Under the pieces are notes generated by a model, which searched no databases, was not told the DNA's origin, and worked only from the letters and a program-made list of their open reading frames with translations. A program made the translations under genes and the position numbers. A stretch of 64,000 bases of DNA from Neodothiora populina (Eukaryota), in the NCBI RefSeq assembly GCF_041146345.1, contig NW_027191404.1:2046001-2110000 (forward strand), in the 5' to 3' direction. Below are positions 1 through 12,135 of this stretch, one piece after another. The stretch's first letter is position 1. Every line of letters begins with the position of its first letter.

Positions 1-133
1 ACAGATGATGAGTTGTGAGCATACACTTGATGTTCTTCTCAAAGAGGAAAATGGGAACTTGCAGTGTCTGTCGTGGTAATATCATGACGGTATACTGCGA
101 AGAACAGACTGTCTAGCTTTACGGGGAGACTGA

Positions 134-1169
134 TCAACCAGCTTCTTCATCGCCTCCATACCTTTCCCGGAATGGTAGCTTCTTTCCATTCGTCCCGTTC
201 TCTCCGCCCTCGAGCGTGTGGAATGCAACCGTCCTTGGTGTGTATGGATCCGTGGGCTTTGAGCTCATGGGCGCTAGGTGCACCGCGGGTTCCTGCTTAC
301 CCCAAGGCCTGCCACCTGACAGGTGTTCTGGCTCATACACCGGCATGTCTGATGACGACAACTTAGCCAGCCTTTCCGCTCTTGTTGGAATGCTTGAGAA
401 TATTGCAAGACCGAGATACGCTGCGTAAAGGATGCTATAAGCTTGATGAGCAATCGACCAACGATGTGATGCAACGCCACATGTACATACACTAGCACCA
501 ACGTCACAGCAAAAGATGCTTTCGCTTGCACACAGTATCCATAGTTGCTCTTGGTATGTACCACGGAACAGCTCTTGGTGATATACCACGGGCCGCCCTT
601 CTGCGGGTGTTTAGGGTCACTCGTGTCTGGACCAGTTTGTCCGTACGAGCTGACAATGTATAGTACCACCTCGGCCACGTGCGTGACAACTGACAAAAGT
701 GGCACTAGAGATCATCAGAAACACTTCTATAATCTATCATGAGGGAACGGGTAAAGTACTCACGAAAAGTGCCCATGACGAACATGATGGCCTTTGTAAC
801 CAGAATGAAAAATGACAAGACGGAGATGACAACATTGAAATCAGTTATGCTGTTGGCAAGGTCAGTCAGTTCGCCAATCTCATGACAAGGACAGTAGATC
901 TCTACATACAATTGATCCCATACCATCGGTAGCTTGAGTTTGTCGCGTGTATGATTAGCATAAGCATAGAGTACTTCGTTCGGGCTGCTGTTGAAGCCGT
1001 TGTCTGCACCGTCCTGCCACAGACGTTTGCGGTATGTATCAGGTTGCGCAATGGCGAAGAGCGTGAGAGCGGCAACTACGAAAGGAGTTTCTAATACGAA
1101 GAGCGCGATCATACTCTTCCTCGTTCTCCATCGCCGCATGATCATCAATTTTGACCCGAGCTTGGGCAT
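134..1169 (-). CDS. Uncharacterised multi-pass fungal membrane protein, about 4 exons
   Basis: ORFs 705..1277, 274..705 and 134..589 join through GT-AG introns (e.g. 850-909). ATG at 1169 (MPKLGSK). Four hydrophobic segments and a Cys-containing loop (PWYITKSCS...YGYC). Confidence 0.75.
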
Positions 1170-1781
1170 TATTCTCAGATGTGAAGAAAGTCTTGTATAG
1201 AAGTGCCGTTGTTGCTCACACGGATGAGCTCGAAAGGTCTCTCCCTCGACCGCACGAAATAGTGTAGTACAGAACAAGTCACACGGGAGGCCTTGCGGCC
1301 ACGAGGTGCCTCCATAGACGGAGTTATAAGCTCTTTGCTATCATTGCTACAGACGCAGGGACCGTGGTGCTCGTGGGTGATATGTTGATGTAGTCCACGA
1401 ACCCGACCAATCAGGGTCTCAGCTGAAGCGCCGCCACCATCTCACTTCCTACCATCGATGCATAGTCGGACCACTCAGATACATAGCGAACCGCTCGTGT
1501 AAGCATCCACTCTTCGCCGTGCAGATCAATTGCAATTGACCAACAGGAAGCTATCCAGTACCAACTTGTCTTCTTAGTCGGATAGCAAACGTGTGTGGGA
1601 CCCAGCAATCGCGTAATTCGATAAAACCACAATCTATACCAGCGCTTGCACAACCTACTACGAATCAACGTCTGCAAAATCTAGTGTTTTCCCCCTCCCA
1701 GGTGATCTGACATTCGGAGTTTTTGTCCACTCCGCAAGAAAAGAACGGAGAAAACAGTGTGATCAAGCGAGCATTCCAAGA

Positions 1782-2806
1782 ATGCCACAGTTGGGTGGGC
1801 GGAGTCTCTCCATGCTGTACGGCACTGCATGGAAGAAAGACAGGTCGGCTCATCTGGTGTTCCAGGCGCTACAGGCGGGGTTTCGAGGCGTAGACACTGC
1901 TGCACAGCCTCGGCATTATCAAGGTGCGTTCTTTTCGAGTTCTCGTCAGCCTGCCTTTTCTGCTATGACATTGCATGTAAAGGAGAGAAATATAGCAGAT
2001 ACAGAGTACGTGAGATCTTTGTGAATTGAAAGACTGACCACCGGACTTCCCCTTGGATCACAGAACATGGGGTAGGTCAAGGCATCCGAGAAGCCATTTC
2101 ATCTGGAAACGTGACACGAGAAGACATCTACATCCAAACGAAATACACGCCAATAAGCGGGCAAGACCCCAACAATCTCCCCTACGACGCAAACGCAAGT
2201 ATACCGGAGCAAGTGAACGCCTCCGTATCCTCATCGCTGTCCCACCTGCGTCACAGCGATGACAATACCACCTCCTACCTCGATTGTCTCGTCCTTCACA
2301 GCCCCCTACCGACCCTCTCTCAGACCCTCGAAGCCTGGACAGCAATGAGCGCCCACGTGCCCTCGCGCGTACGCACACTCGGCATATCCAACACGACCCT
2401 GCCCATCCTTCAAGCTCTGCACTCCCAGTCGGCCGTCAAGCCCGCAGTGGTGCAGAACCGGTTCTACGCCGACACGGCCTACGACGCGGGTGTCAGGGCG
2501 TTCTGCGCCGCTCACGGGATCATCTATCAGAGTTTCTGGACGCTGACTGCTAATCCTGCCCTCGTGCGGAGTCAGCTTGTTGGTGAGATTGCGGCGCTTG
2601 TGCGGATTAGTAGGGAGGTTGCGGTTTATGGACTTGTGGCCTCGTTGGATGGCGGCAATGTTTGTGTTGTTAATGGCACGACTACACATATGCTGGAGGA
2701 TGTTGAGGGGCTGAGGAAGGTGGATATTTGGAAGGCTGAGGATGGGAATGAGGTGGTTTGGCGGAGGTTCACGGATGCATTTGTGAGGTTAATAGAGCGG
2801 ATCTAG
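1782..2806 (+). CDS. Aldo/keto reductase family protein, 2 exons
   Basis: Exon 1 MLYGTAWKK...GFRGVDTAAQPRHY; intron ~1923-2061; exon 2 REDIYIQTKY, YLDCLVLHSP, LGISN, VVQNRF. These are AKR motifs. Confidence 0.92.
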
Positions 2807-3106
2807 TTAAACCTCGAATGACTTGCTAATGTAACCCCTTGTGAGGTACCACTTGGGTCTGATGCTGATCACACAGGTATGAGGGCTCCTTATAGAGTGA
2901 GCATGCAGGAACATAAACAAAGAACAGGACCAGCCTGTATTCACATGAGTCTATGTATTGTATTGACGATGGCGTCTTCCACAGTAGTTTTCCCTTTCTT
3001 GATCATTCATGCTGCCTCATCATCATGTTTGGATATCATGTATACCCACGTCATCAGAAACTCATCGTACAGTCATAACATCGTTTTCCAAACGTATGGA
3101 CCAGGC

Positions 3107-6100
3107 TTAAACCGACACTGTTCGTCTCTTCGACCAAATCGGCTTTTGTGCGTAACAGATAAGGAATCGTAAGCTGGTACCTCGCCGTTCACCCTCGTGC
3201 AGTAATCCCGGCGTCTCCCAAATCGATTGTGCTTGAGTCGCTGCCGGGATCGTAGTTGGTTCCTCGTAACAGGTGGAATACCACCATCGACCAACCTTCG
3301 CAACGGTTTTGGTGATCTGCTCGTCTTGCTGTGCATCAACATCGTTGTTGCGCAGCAGATCAAACAAACTAGGATCATCAAGCTCTTCTTGCGCACTAAT
3401 CTGGCCGGCCGTATTCGCTTGGTGGTGCTGATTGCCACCCGAGGTCGTGCTGTCCTGACTCTTCGAAATCCTGCCTGCCACCGGAAGTGCCACAACGCAC
3501 CTTTGAATCCCTTCGAACCCCTTTCGTCCTAGAATGGTCAAGAAGGAGTCGCCTTGGTTCCACAGGCTGAGACGACTGTCAACTTCATGTATCCGCATCT
3601 TGAAATCTCTGACGCTTTTCCGCCCTATGTTGCCCATATTCATGAGGTCCATATCTATTGTTGACATCTCTAAGTACCCACCAGGGCGCAGCGTGCGTTT
3701 GATCTCCGAGATACATGCTCTATAGCCTTCATCAGAAGAGATCTTGGGAAAGCGCAGGACAGCGCCAGCGAAGAATCCGCGTGGGAACGGAAAAGCTGCG
3801 GTGGGAGACGAGTGAGGTATGTGTCGATAATTGGGTACACTGTCGTTCACAGCAGCGGATGGTTCTGGCCCTAGGTGATAGAATTGACAAGATGGATAAT
3901 TGAGAGCACAATAGTATGACCATTCTGCAAGCATGTCAGCATGAATCAAAAAAAGGGCCACAGATTCCAACTCACCCTTTCCCAGTCCATCTAATATCAG
4001 GATGCGTACATCTTGTCCGACCTTCGCTTCTTCATGGATCGGACTGAAGAGGACTCGACCAAAAGACAGCCACTTGCTGGTGACTAGAGCTGCATGTCTG
4101 AATCCTCCCGTGACAGTAGACCTGGCTGATACGCTAGATCTACTATCTGGTATCCTTGAAACAGGATACTCTTGTCCCACTTGCCGTCTCATGCCAGACG
4201 GAGCACTCAGGCCTGTAGACTGGTCTCTAGTTGACAGCTCAGATTCGGCTTTGGCATCAGGCTCCGGTTGATCGTAATTTGAGGGCATCGGCGGTACACT
4301 GCCCTGTTCATCATCGTCAAGGTAGTCAGAAATAGAGAAGGTGCTCAGTGCATTCGCCGACGTTCCGGAATGCGAGAGTCGGGGCGTCAGGCCCACAGCC
4401 TCTGATCCCGCCTGGAGTCCTTCGAGAGTGAAGTTTTGGTTCTTCATCCTCCTCAGGGGCTCAGCCGCACTTGTCTGCGCACGACTTTGATCAAAAGACA
4501 TGCGCGGCGCCGAAGCAACAGCCTTCTTGTCCGCAGGGTCGTACTGGCCATGAGTGTCTTGGGAAGGAGGACTTACCCTCGCGTGACCAATAGTTGGGCT
4601 GCCGTTCCCAGAGCTGCTGGTGTACGAGAGGTCCGATGTCATCCTTGGACGAAACTCGAAGAATTGCTCGCCATTTTCCACTCCATGAAACCTACTCATA
4701 GGACTGTCAACTGCGTGATCTTCTTTAGTGTTCTCAGCGGTATCGACATCATTTGGACGATCGTTCATGAAAGAGCCACCATTTTGACTGATGAATGAAT
4801 CATACAACTGGAAGTCCACATTCTCGAAATCAGGCGTGTAAAAAGGATCTAGAAGGCCGTGGTGTTGATTTCCTGGTGCAGTAACGACAGGGCCTTTGGT
4901 CGCAACTGATAAAGAAGGCCGTGCAGAATGATTGGGCAGCAATTCTTGCTGACGAGCGACCGAACAGTTGTGCGGTGGTGAGGTAGCGGAAGTGGCAGAT
5001 CCTGCTTGTGGTCGCTGCAAAGCTGGCATAAGGTCCTGGTGACGTTCTTCATAAGGCACGCGAGGTGGCTGATATTGGACCTCCTGTTGCGCGACCTTTG
5101 CTTGTGTTAAGTGAGTGCCTACTTTTGCCAAAGCCTGAATTTCATCCATCGACACTTGTGGCCTGGGTCCAGCAATTGTGTAATGTCCTTGCTCGAGCCT
5201 CGCACGTTCGACATGTGAATGCTCAGCATGATGGTCAGATGGGTGTACTCTGTCGTGTACAGATGGTTCTTGAAGTCTCTGGGCGAAGTTCAATGGAACG
5301 GGTTTCCGGTAACCCGGATGATGCTTTTCGCTTCGCAAGATGTGTCCTCTACTGCCCTCTTGGGGGAATGCGTCACCTGACCAGGCCATCATAGAGTGCT
5401 TGCGTAGCAGCCTCACCGAGTCTTTAGGCCTTATTGAGGTGCTTCTCTCGCCTTGTGTGGCATGTGCCACTTCTTCGGCTTGAGCCTCAATAGTGCCATG
5501 CTCGATTGACTCCTTTGAGATCTTTCTTGCGACGTCTCGCTCTCCAGAGAGGACTCCCGCGGCTTCGCGTACATTACTCGTGGAGCGTGCGATCGCATTT
5601 GGGACTTCATCTCGAGTTTCATTTACTTGTTCGCTCTCTAGACCATGACCTCTTTCCACGATTTCCTTCCGAATGCTGGGGTGAATATGATTAGTTCTCG
5701 GATCTTTATGTGGAATAACGTCGTTATTTGGTGGCTGTCTGGACCGATCTCCACGAAAGCTGAAGCTACGACTGCGCAGACCAGATTTGAAGTAACCTTC
5801 GTGTCCAGTACCAGCCGTGGGACCACGTTCTCGCGCGCTGCCTGGTCTCTGCGGAATCGTACCGGGATCTTTCGATCGCCTGTGTAGGAAGCCAAAGCGT
5901 TCAGAGCTTCTCCTAGGCATCCTCGCTTTTGGAGACTGGGAAGGTTCATGCGAAGTTTCGTCTCCTGTCTCTGCAGTTCGGTGGTCGTTTCCTTTCGACG
6001 ACACTATGTTTTCCGTGGTAGGTGCAGAATGTTGATCGACCTCCGAGGCACTACGGGAAGAAAACCCAAAAAGACCTCGATGCCTTGTGGATTGTCGGGT

Positions 6101-7264
6101 TGATGAGAGCGAGGGCTTCTGTGGTCTAGCTGGGATGTCACTTTGAACTATAGATCTGTTGGCTTTATGGTCCGTTAGGTCAGGTATGCCCTCTCGACTC
6201 GGCCTGCGCGGTGGTTGACGCTCTCCCAATTTAGGATACAAAGGCGCGTCGACATTGAGATGCGCCAATTCTGGCGGAATGGTACTGATCGGTGCACGCA
6301 TGGACTCTCCATTCCCAATTGTGGAAATCTTCTTATGCGGCTTGAAGGGGTAAGGAAGGTCTGAACTTGCGTATTTCGTGGTAGAGACTCTGCGTTCTGA
6401 GTTACTGCTCGCTGCTGCTGCGATATTGGCAGCTGATCGAGCATCATCGGCCTGACCATGACCTACAGTCTGAGCGGTCCACCTAGTCTGCTTATTTCGC
6501 ACCGGAGAGATGGATGATGTTGATGTAACTCCGGAAAAAACACTGAATGGTGACTCGGTATATCTTGAAGGAGAGGTAGCCGAGGTCTCCTGGCCTACTT
6601 CTTGTAGCTGTGCAGCCCTGTAAAAATTGCCAGAACTGATACTTCTTGCCTCAGGCGCTGTCTCAGTAGACTGAGCTTTCACCGAGAGCGATCTCGGCCC
6701 TGATCCGGGAAGGGTCATCCCAAAAATTGCTGTTGGGAATGGATCCTCCTCGTAGGTGGTTTGCGTAGAAGTATCCACGGTCTTGTACCTTTGTGGACTG
6801 CCAGCGTTGGATTTGACATGCCAGGCGAGATTGCTTTTATGCTCTCTCGATGGCAGTGAGGACAACGGACTATCGACCGTGGACAGAGAAGTGCCTGAAA
6901 CCAGTGATGGCGTACCAGAGCTCGCAGAATGTGGTTGATTATGTCGTACGTGCTCGAAAGGCCCAGTGCTAATGACCGTGTATGCAGAAGAGCTCGGCTT
7001 TACATTAGCTGCGATCCTACTCGGAAGCACAGTACGATTTTGATAATTCATTTCTCGGAACGGTGTACTAGACGATAATGGGCTGCCATTTGAACTTTGT
7101 CGTGTTATATCGCCACGTTCGGCCTCCCCAGAGATATGCTCAAGGCTTCCCGAGATTTCAGGACTCTGGGCTGTATTCGACATAGGTATCCGAAGTCTTG
7201 TTCGACGAAGTATTGGGAGTTGCTGGCTTTTGTCAGAGCGAGCCTTTGCGTTGTCCGACAGCAT
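3107..7264 (-). CDS. Large Ser/Pro-rich protein with C-terminal SAM-dependent methyltransferase-like domain
   Basis: 1385-aa ORF with a low-complexity N-terminus. The C-terminus has ILILDGLG, FPFPRGFFAGAVLRF and EIKRTLRPGGYLE. One in-frame intron at 3925-3975. Confidence 0.8.
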   Translation of the reverse strand: MLSDNAKARSDKSQQLPILRRTRLRIPMSNTAQSPEISGSLEHISGEAERGDITRQSSNGSPLSSSTPFREMNYQNRTVLPSRIAANVKPSSSAYTVISTGPFEHVRHNQPHSASSGTPSLVSGTSLSTVDSPLSSLPSREHKSNLAWHVKSNAGSPQRYKTVDTSTQTTYEEDPFPTAIFGMTLPGSGPRSLSVKAQSTETAPEARSISSGNFYRAAQLQEVGQETSATSPSRYTESPFSVFSGVTSTSSISPVRNKQTRWTAQTVGHGQADDARSAANIAAAASSNSERRVSTTKYASSDLPYPFKPHKKISTIGNGESMRAPISTIPPELAHLNVDAPLYPKLGERQPPRRPSREGIPDLTDHKANRSIVQSDIPARPQKPSLSSTRQSTRHRGLFGFSSRSASEVDQHSAPTTENIVSSKGNDHRTAETGDETSHEPSQSPKARMPRRSSERFGFLHRRSKDPGTIPQRPGSARERGPTAGTGHEGYFKSGLRSRSFSFRGDRSRQPPNNDVIPHKDPRTNHIHPSIRKEIVERGHGLESEQVNETRDEVPNAIARSTSNVREAAGVLSGERDVARKISKESIEHGTIEAQAEEVAHATQGERSTSIRPKDSVRLLRKHSMMAWSGDAFPQEGSRGHILRSEKHHPGYRKPVPLNFAQRLQEPSVHDRVHPSDHHAEHSHVERARLEQGHYTIAGPRPQVSMDEIQALAKVGTHLTQAKVAQQEVQYQPPRVPYEERHQDLMPALQRPQAGSATSATSPPHNCSVARQQELLPNHSARPSLSVATKGPVVTAPGNQHHGLLDPFYTPDFENVDFQLYDSFISQNGGSFMNDRPNDVDTAENTKEDHAVDSPMSRFHGVENGEQFFEFRPRMTSDLSYTSSSGNGSPTIGHARVSPPSQDTHGQYDPADKKAVASAPRMSFDQSRAQTSAAEPLRRMKNQNFTLEGLQAGSEAVGLTPRLSHSGTSANALSTFSISDYLDDDEQGSVPPMPSNYDQPEPDAKAESELSTRDQSTGLSAPSGMRRQVGQEYPVSRIPDSRSSVSARSTVTGGFRHAALVTSKWLSFGRVLFSPIHEEAKVGQDVRILILDGLGKGELESVALFLIHADMLAEWSYYCALNYPSCQFYHLGPEPSAAVNDSVPNYRHIPHSSPTAAFPFPRGFFAGAVLRFPKISSDEGYRACISEIKRTLRPGGYLEMSTIDMDLMNMGNIGRKSVRDFKMRIHEVDSRLSLWNQGDSFLTILGRKGFEGIQRCVVALPVAGRISKSQDSTTSGGNQHHQANTAGQISAQEELDDPSLFDLLRNNDVDAQQDEQITKTVAKVGRWWYSTCYEEPTTIPAATQAQSIWETPGLLHEGERRGTSLRFLICYAQKPIWSKRRTVSV

Positions 7265-8767
7265 GTCTGCGGCTGTGTGACTCTACCAGGAATGGGTCAC
7301 GAGGTTCACAAACTAGATTGTGGTGACCGGTTTTGAACTGACGTGGATTCGTCTGCCTTATAGTCCAGCTCGCTTAACAATTTGATAGACCACGAAATCT
7401 TGCTATCATCGAATGCCTCCAGGTCGAATGTGAGTAAGAACAAGCATGAAATTTTGAGCGAGAATCAGATGACATGCTGGAATACAAAGAATATCGGTCT
7501 ATCAGGTTGAAAATGTATTCCAGAAAAATCTATAACCCAGCAAGGCGTATACCAGAATAAATGACTGTCAATGCTAGCGCTATAACTTTAGACTGTCATT
7601 GACATGAGTAAATCCCGGGTTAATGCATGCACAGCCTCTCGGGTTCTCCGAGAAAAAGTTCTGAATATCAAGTTTCAGTAAGGCTTTTGGACCGGTACTC
7701 GTCAAGTCTTCCGATGGTAACAAGACTGAAGAGTTTAGAGCATAAAAAAACGTGGCAGACGGCGTATGGTTTAATAATAAGCCCACGTGCTCTTCATGTT
7801 CTCATAGTTCATTGTACAGGGTACGTCGTCCTGGCGGGTGGAGGAGATGTTCCTTCTCGCTTGACTACAATTGTGGGGACATGAATCTTTGGGCCAATTC
7901 TTAATCAGTGTGGCGTTTCGGAGCCGACAACGACACAATACCATGGAAACTATCTTGCTCATTCGCATTCTTTCGAATACTCTGGTCAGATGCTCCAATG
8001 ACCATGAAATCACCTCCGATATCCACCAACTGTGCAGGCATTGAGTCTGGGCCGTGAATCATCCATGAACTGGTGAATGCTTCGAGGCTGAGCAGAAGGC
8101 GTGCGTATCCCATATCCATTACGGAGACTAGAGCAACCTTCTGCAGCAGCGTGCAGCTTGCATGGAGCTGATCGAGATGCCAACGAAGTTGGCGAACCGC
8201 CTCACTTTAGATTGCTCATACTAGGCTACTCATGTAGCCCTAAGAGTAGTGCGCTTCACACTGTGCAGCCGCGCCCGTGAGTCGTCGCCACCAAGTCTGA
8301 CAACATAAAGGTTTTGCGATGCTACAGGTGGCCCGCCTCTACCAACGTAATTCCGGGTGTCAGACATAAGAGGCGTCGCTGCAGGTCTAAGCGCCGACAA
8401 CGCCTTTCGCGATCTGATTTGATCGGCAAGATACTTGTACGGACCTCGCATGTTGGTATGATCACGTTTTGTGCAAAGTTGGTGTGTGGGCCAGCAATTA
8501 TGTGGTATCGGAACGATGAATCTTCACCTTTCATTATTTACAGGGCCTCTGTGGTATCTGTGAGTACTTTGTTCTAATCCAACGTAGTACTCCTTATAGG
8601 CCGGTGCAAGTCTTCTTATCAATTCGTAATCTGGTCGTAACGCCGTCCTCTTGGAGTTACTCGTCCGTCTCATTACTGCATCACGTTATGGCGTCTAGAG
8701 GACGCATATCACCGGCATTCCAGACATTCCTATCATCAGACGTCATGCGACATGCGACACGCATGTG

Positions 8768-11359
8768 CTACGTGAATTCGACTCGAGCCCCTTGCTGTGC
8801 TGCTCTCTCCCTCGCTGCAGCCCTTTCAGCTCTCCTTCTCCTTCTGTTGGTGTCGAATGCACTTATGTCAGTGCCAGTGCCCGTGTCATACGTCCCCGGA
8901 CTCCCTACCCCACTCGCCAGATTGCTCGGAACATGGGGTCCCACTGGTTGTGGTGATAACGAATGTGCTGGGACGGGTGGCGGTCCGGGAGGAGGCGGCA
9001 GGTTCAACTCAGATGGTGGACGAGCTACACTACCGATCGGCACATCACTGGCAGGTTTAGCAGCATCCCCACGTCTGAATCTCATTCCTTCATCCTCTAC
9101 GCCAGAGCTCAGACTCTCTGCGCGTCTTCTCCGTTGCCTTCTATCAAGCTTACGGGCGTCCCGCCCTGCTGCTGCCTCATCTTCATTGAGACGACGTAGA
9201 GTGACATGTCTTCCATCCTTATGCATCTGGACCTTGACGCTCACTGGCGGAGAGGCCACACTGGCTGGGCTAGCATGCGATGCAGAGTTTCTACGTCCCT
9301 GCTGTATATATGCTTTTTCGAGCTGAGATCGTGAAGGGGAGTAGGACGTGCTAGTCGCTGCCGTGGCTGCTGTGGTAGTTCCTAATGGCACACGTGAGGA
9401 ACTGTTGTCGTACGGATCCACCAAGCGAGTAGGATCAGGGTCGACTGGGCCAGATGGCATACTAACTGCCCCCGGGACAATCGGGTAGCCCACAGATGAT
9501 GATGTGGGATTAATGGGACCACCAGGTAGTCTTGACGCGTCCGAAGTAGAGGCATTGCCCATGCGTCCTGTGTAAGGTCTTTCCAGATCTGTCCTGGTGG
9601 CCGAATTTGCTGCAGCAGATGTAGAGAATGAGCGATTATGCTTGGGTAGTCGTCTGTTCCTGGCAAGCTCCGGATTACTACCCATCGCACTAAATTCGCT
9701 CGTGGCCAATGTGTCCGCCGCACTGGGCTGCCTTCGTCGCTCGCGACTAGATCCATGACGTGGAGCGTCTACTCGATTCATCGAATCTGTGAATGCTTCT
9801 TCTTCCCGCCGCATTGCATCTATCCTTCGTTGTTCTTTATCATCGCGTTTCCGGTGTTGTCTTTCTCGAAGGTAACCAATAACACCAAGGGCGGCAATTC
9901 CATCACGTAGTCCATGGCTACCTTTCGTTGCTGGGAGCGGTTCAATGTCGCTGTCGAAAGATTCGTCGCTGTCAGACTCGTAGCCATCACCATCCCTGCG
10001 CGATACTAAACCTTGGCGAGTTGGAGTGGCGAATCCGGCAGGTCCATTGACTCCATCCGGTCTCGAAATTCTAGAGTCGCCAGGTGACATGGGAATTTGT
10101 CCTTCTTGTACTCTCCTTACATCGGTGTGACTGAATTGACTGTGGCTAGGGCCCGAATGGTAGGTTCCAATGTAGCTCTCCTCGTCCCTCTTTTTACCGC
10201 GACCGAAGAGTCTCTTGAACCCTTCATAGGCACCAAGACCAGCAGCGGCCCCAAACATCCAGTCCCGCCAAGTGTGGGCCTCGGTGGTCTTCTCCCGCGC
10301 CGGATACTTTTCCCCGTCGTGAGTGTATGTCGTGGAGTGACGAGAGGTAAGCCTCGATCGGCTGGGATCGTGTACGGTCTCATCAACAACGCCATCCCTC
10401 CGTCTACTTCTCGATCGTCGTCGAAGCGCTGCCAAACCAGCTAGTCCTGCACCGAAGAGTCCAACGTTTCTGGCCGTGTGGCTGTCACTTCGTGTTGTTC
10501 GACGATCGTCCGTGAGTTGACTTCTTGTGGGTCCGGTTACATAACTCTCGGAGCCATATCCGTCATCGCCTCCAATGACGGGTCGATTGATGTATGTGAG
10601 GATGAAGTAGAGTGCTAGCCAGGCGAAACAGACCAAAGCGTAGAGTATGAACAGATACTTCGGCGAACCATAGAGCGTCAAGCCCAGGGCTATCTGTATA
10701 GCACCAAGAAGTGCAATCGCGCGGCCGAGCCATTGATGTACCTGCAGAGGGTGTCAGTTGGTACATGTGCCGCTATGTGAATTTGTTCTTACCATGAGTT
10801 TCAAAGGCAATCTCCACCTCATTTTACCTTTCTCGACATGGTGTATAAGGCCTCCTCCCAGCGCCTGAACCAGGACCAGAACATAAATAGCAAGGCCTAT
10901 ACCGTGGTGTGGATTAGTGAGGCTGCGCTCTGGGCCGACTGCGAACCATCCCAGCATGAAGACTACAGTCAGCAAGCCGACGGTCAAGATATGGAGCCAT
11001 ATGTGAAGACGTAGAGCAAGTCTAGGATTGCGATAATAGAAGCGTGCGATGAAGATTGCCGACGGGACGATGAGCAAGAAGACAAGGGCCGCAAGCACAC
11101 CGTGGCCAAGTATGAGTCGGTGGTATTGCGGCAGCGAGGCGAATCGGTTCGCCATTCCTACAATCGGGTCAGTCTCCATCCTTGCTTCTTATCTCTAACA
11201 TTGCAAGTGCACACCATTGTATTGCATAGTCGCAAAGTTAAGTCCTTGCAAGTTCGGTAGAAGGAAAGTGTTCTCCGATGAGATCCAAGTACCATCGCCT
11301 ACATACATGGTACTCGAGTCATAGGTAGAACTTCCGGCAGGAGTAGTACTGTCCGACAT
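8768..11359 (-). CDS. Cytochrome b561/DOMON-type transmembrane domain protein with long disordered C-terminal tail, 3 exons
   Basis: Exon 1 from ATG 11359 (MSDSTTPAGS...MYVGDGTW); introns ~11158-11214 and ~10742-10792. His-bearing TM helices: LGHGVLAAL, LHIWLHIL, NPHHGIG, VHQWLGR. Confidence 0.8.
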
Positions 11360-12135
11360 GCTGTATACAGGCCTGCAGCCAACGGCGCCCGAGTAACAGT
11401 CCTGGGCCGGGTGGTAGCACGCCCGAAATAAAAGTGTACCCGATCTGACGAAAGACTATGAGACAATCAAGTCGCAGTCGCAATCATTCTTGTCGATAAA
11501 CGTTAGAGATTCTCGGTATATCTACTGTTTTAACCAGTGTTATTTGATCTCTGTACCACAACGGTTTGTGCAAACGTTTATGGTATATGCTTATAGATCA
11601 AGTGCGAGCGCAAAGCCAAACGACAAAACTTTAGAAGTCAGCTGTACAAAGTGGAACGCGTAGGGTAGCAGAGTTCGAAAAAACAGGTGTGAGGTCCACA
11701 AAGATGCATGAAGGAGGGTTTGCCAGCAGCATGCCTGCAGAGTCCATTGTCCATCGTCACTGATGTGGTGTCAAGCAAGATGCTACCTAGGTACTGTGAT
11801 ACAATGATAGTTACCCGGTTACTACGGAGATCGGTGATAAGATAATTGCGGAGTGATAAGGCCTGCTAGCGCCCGTACATTGCATCTGGCAGCGCTGTCA
11901 AGATAAATTTGGATTTGGGCCCTTTTATGCATATTTGTGCAAATAAATGAGCTATCTGACATACACCCCCCGCCCGCGTCTGTGTAGATGTCCATTAAAG
12001 AATTAAGGCAGGTGGGGCAAAGAAAATGGTTCGCTAGCTTGACGACTAAAGCAGCTCTCTGAACATCACAACCCGAGGCCTACATATTATCCCACGCTGA
12101 AGCATTCTCGATTAGGTCCATCAAGGTCTATCACA

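Noticed and set aside
7300..8700. Short ORFs (7901..8119, 8230..8451 and others) between two genes
   Set aside because: No recognisable motif or coherent splice model. Treated as UTR or promoter, though a small orphan gene cannot be excluded.
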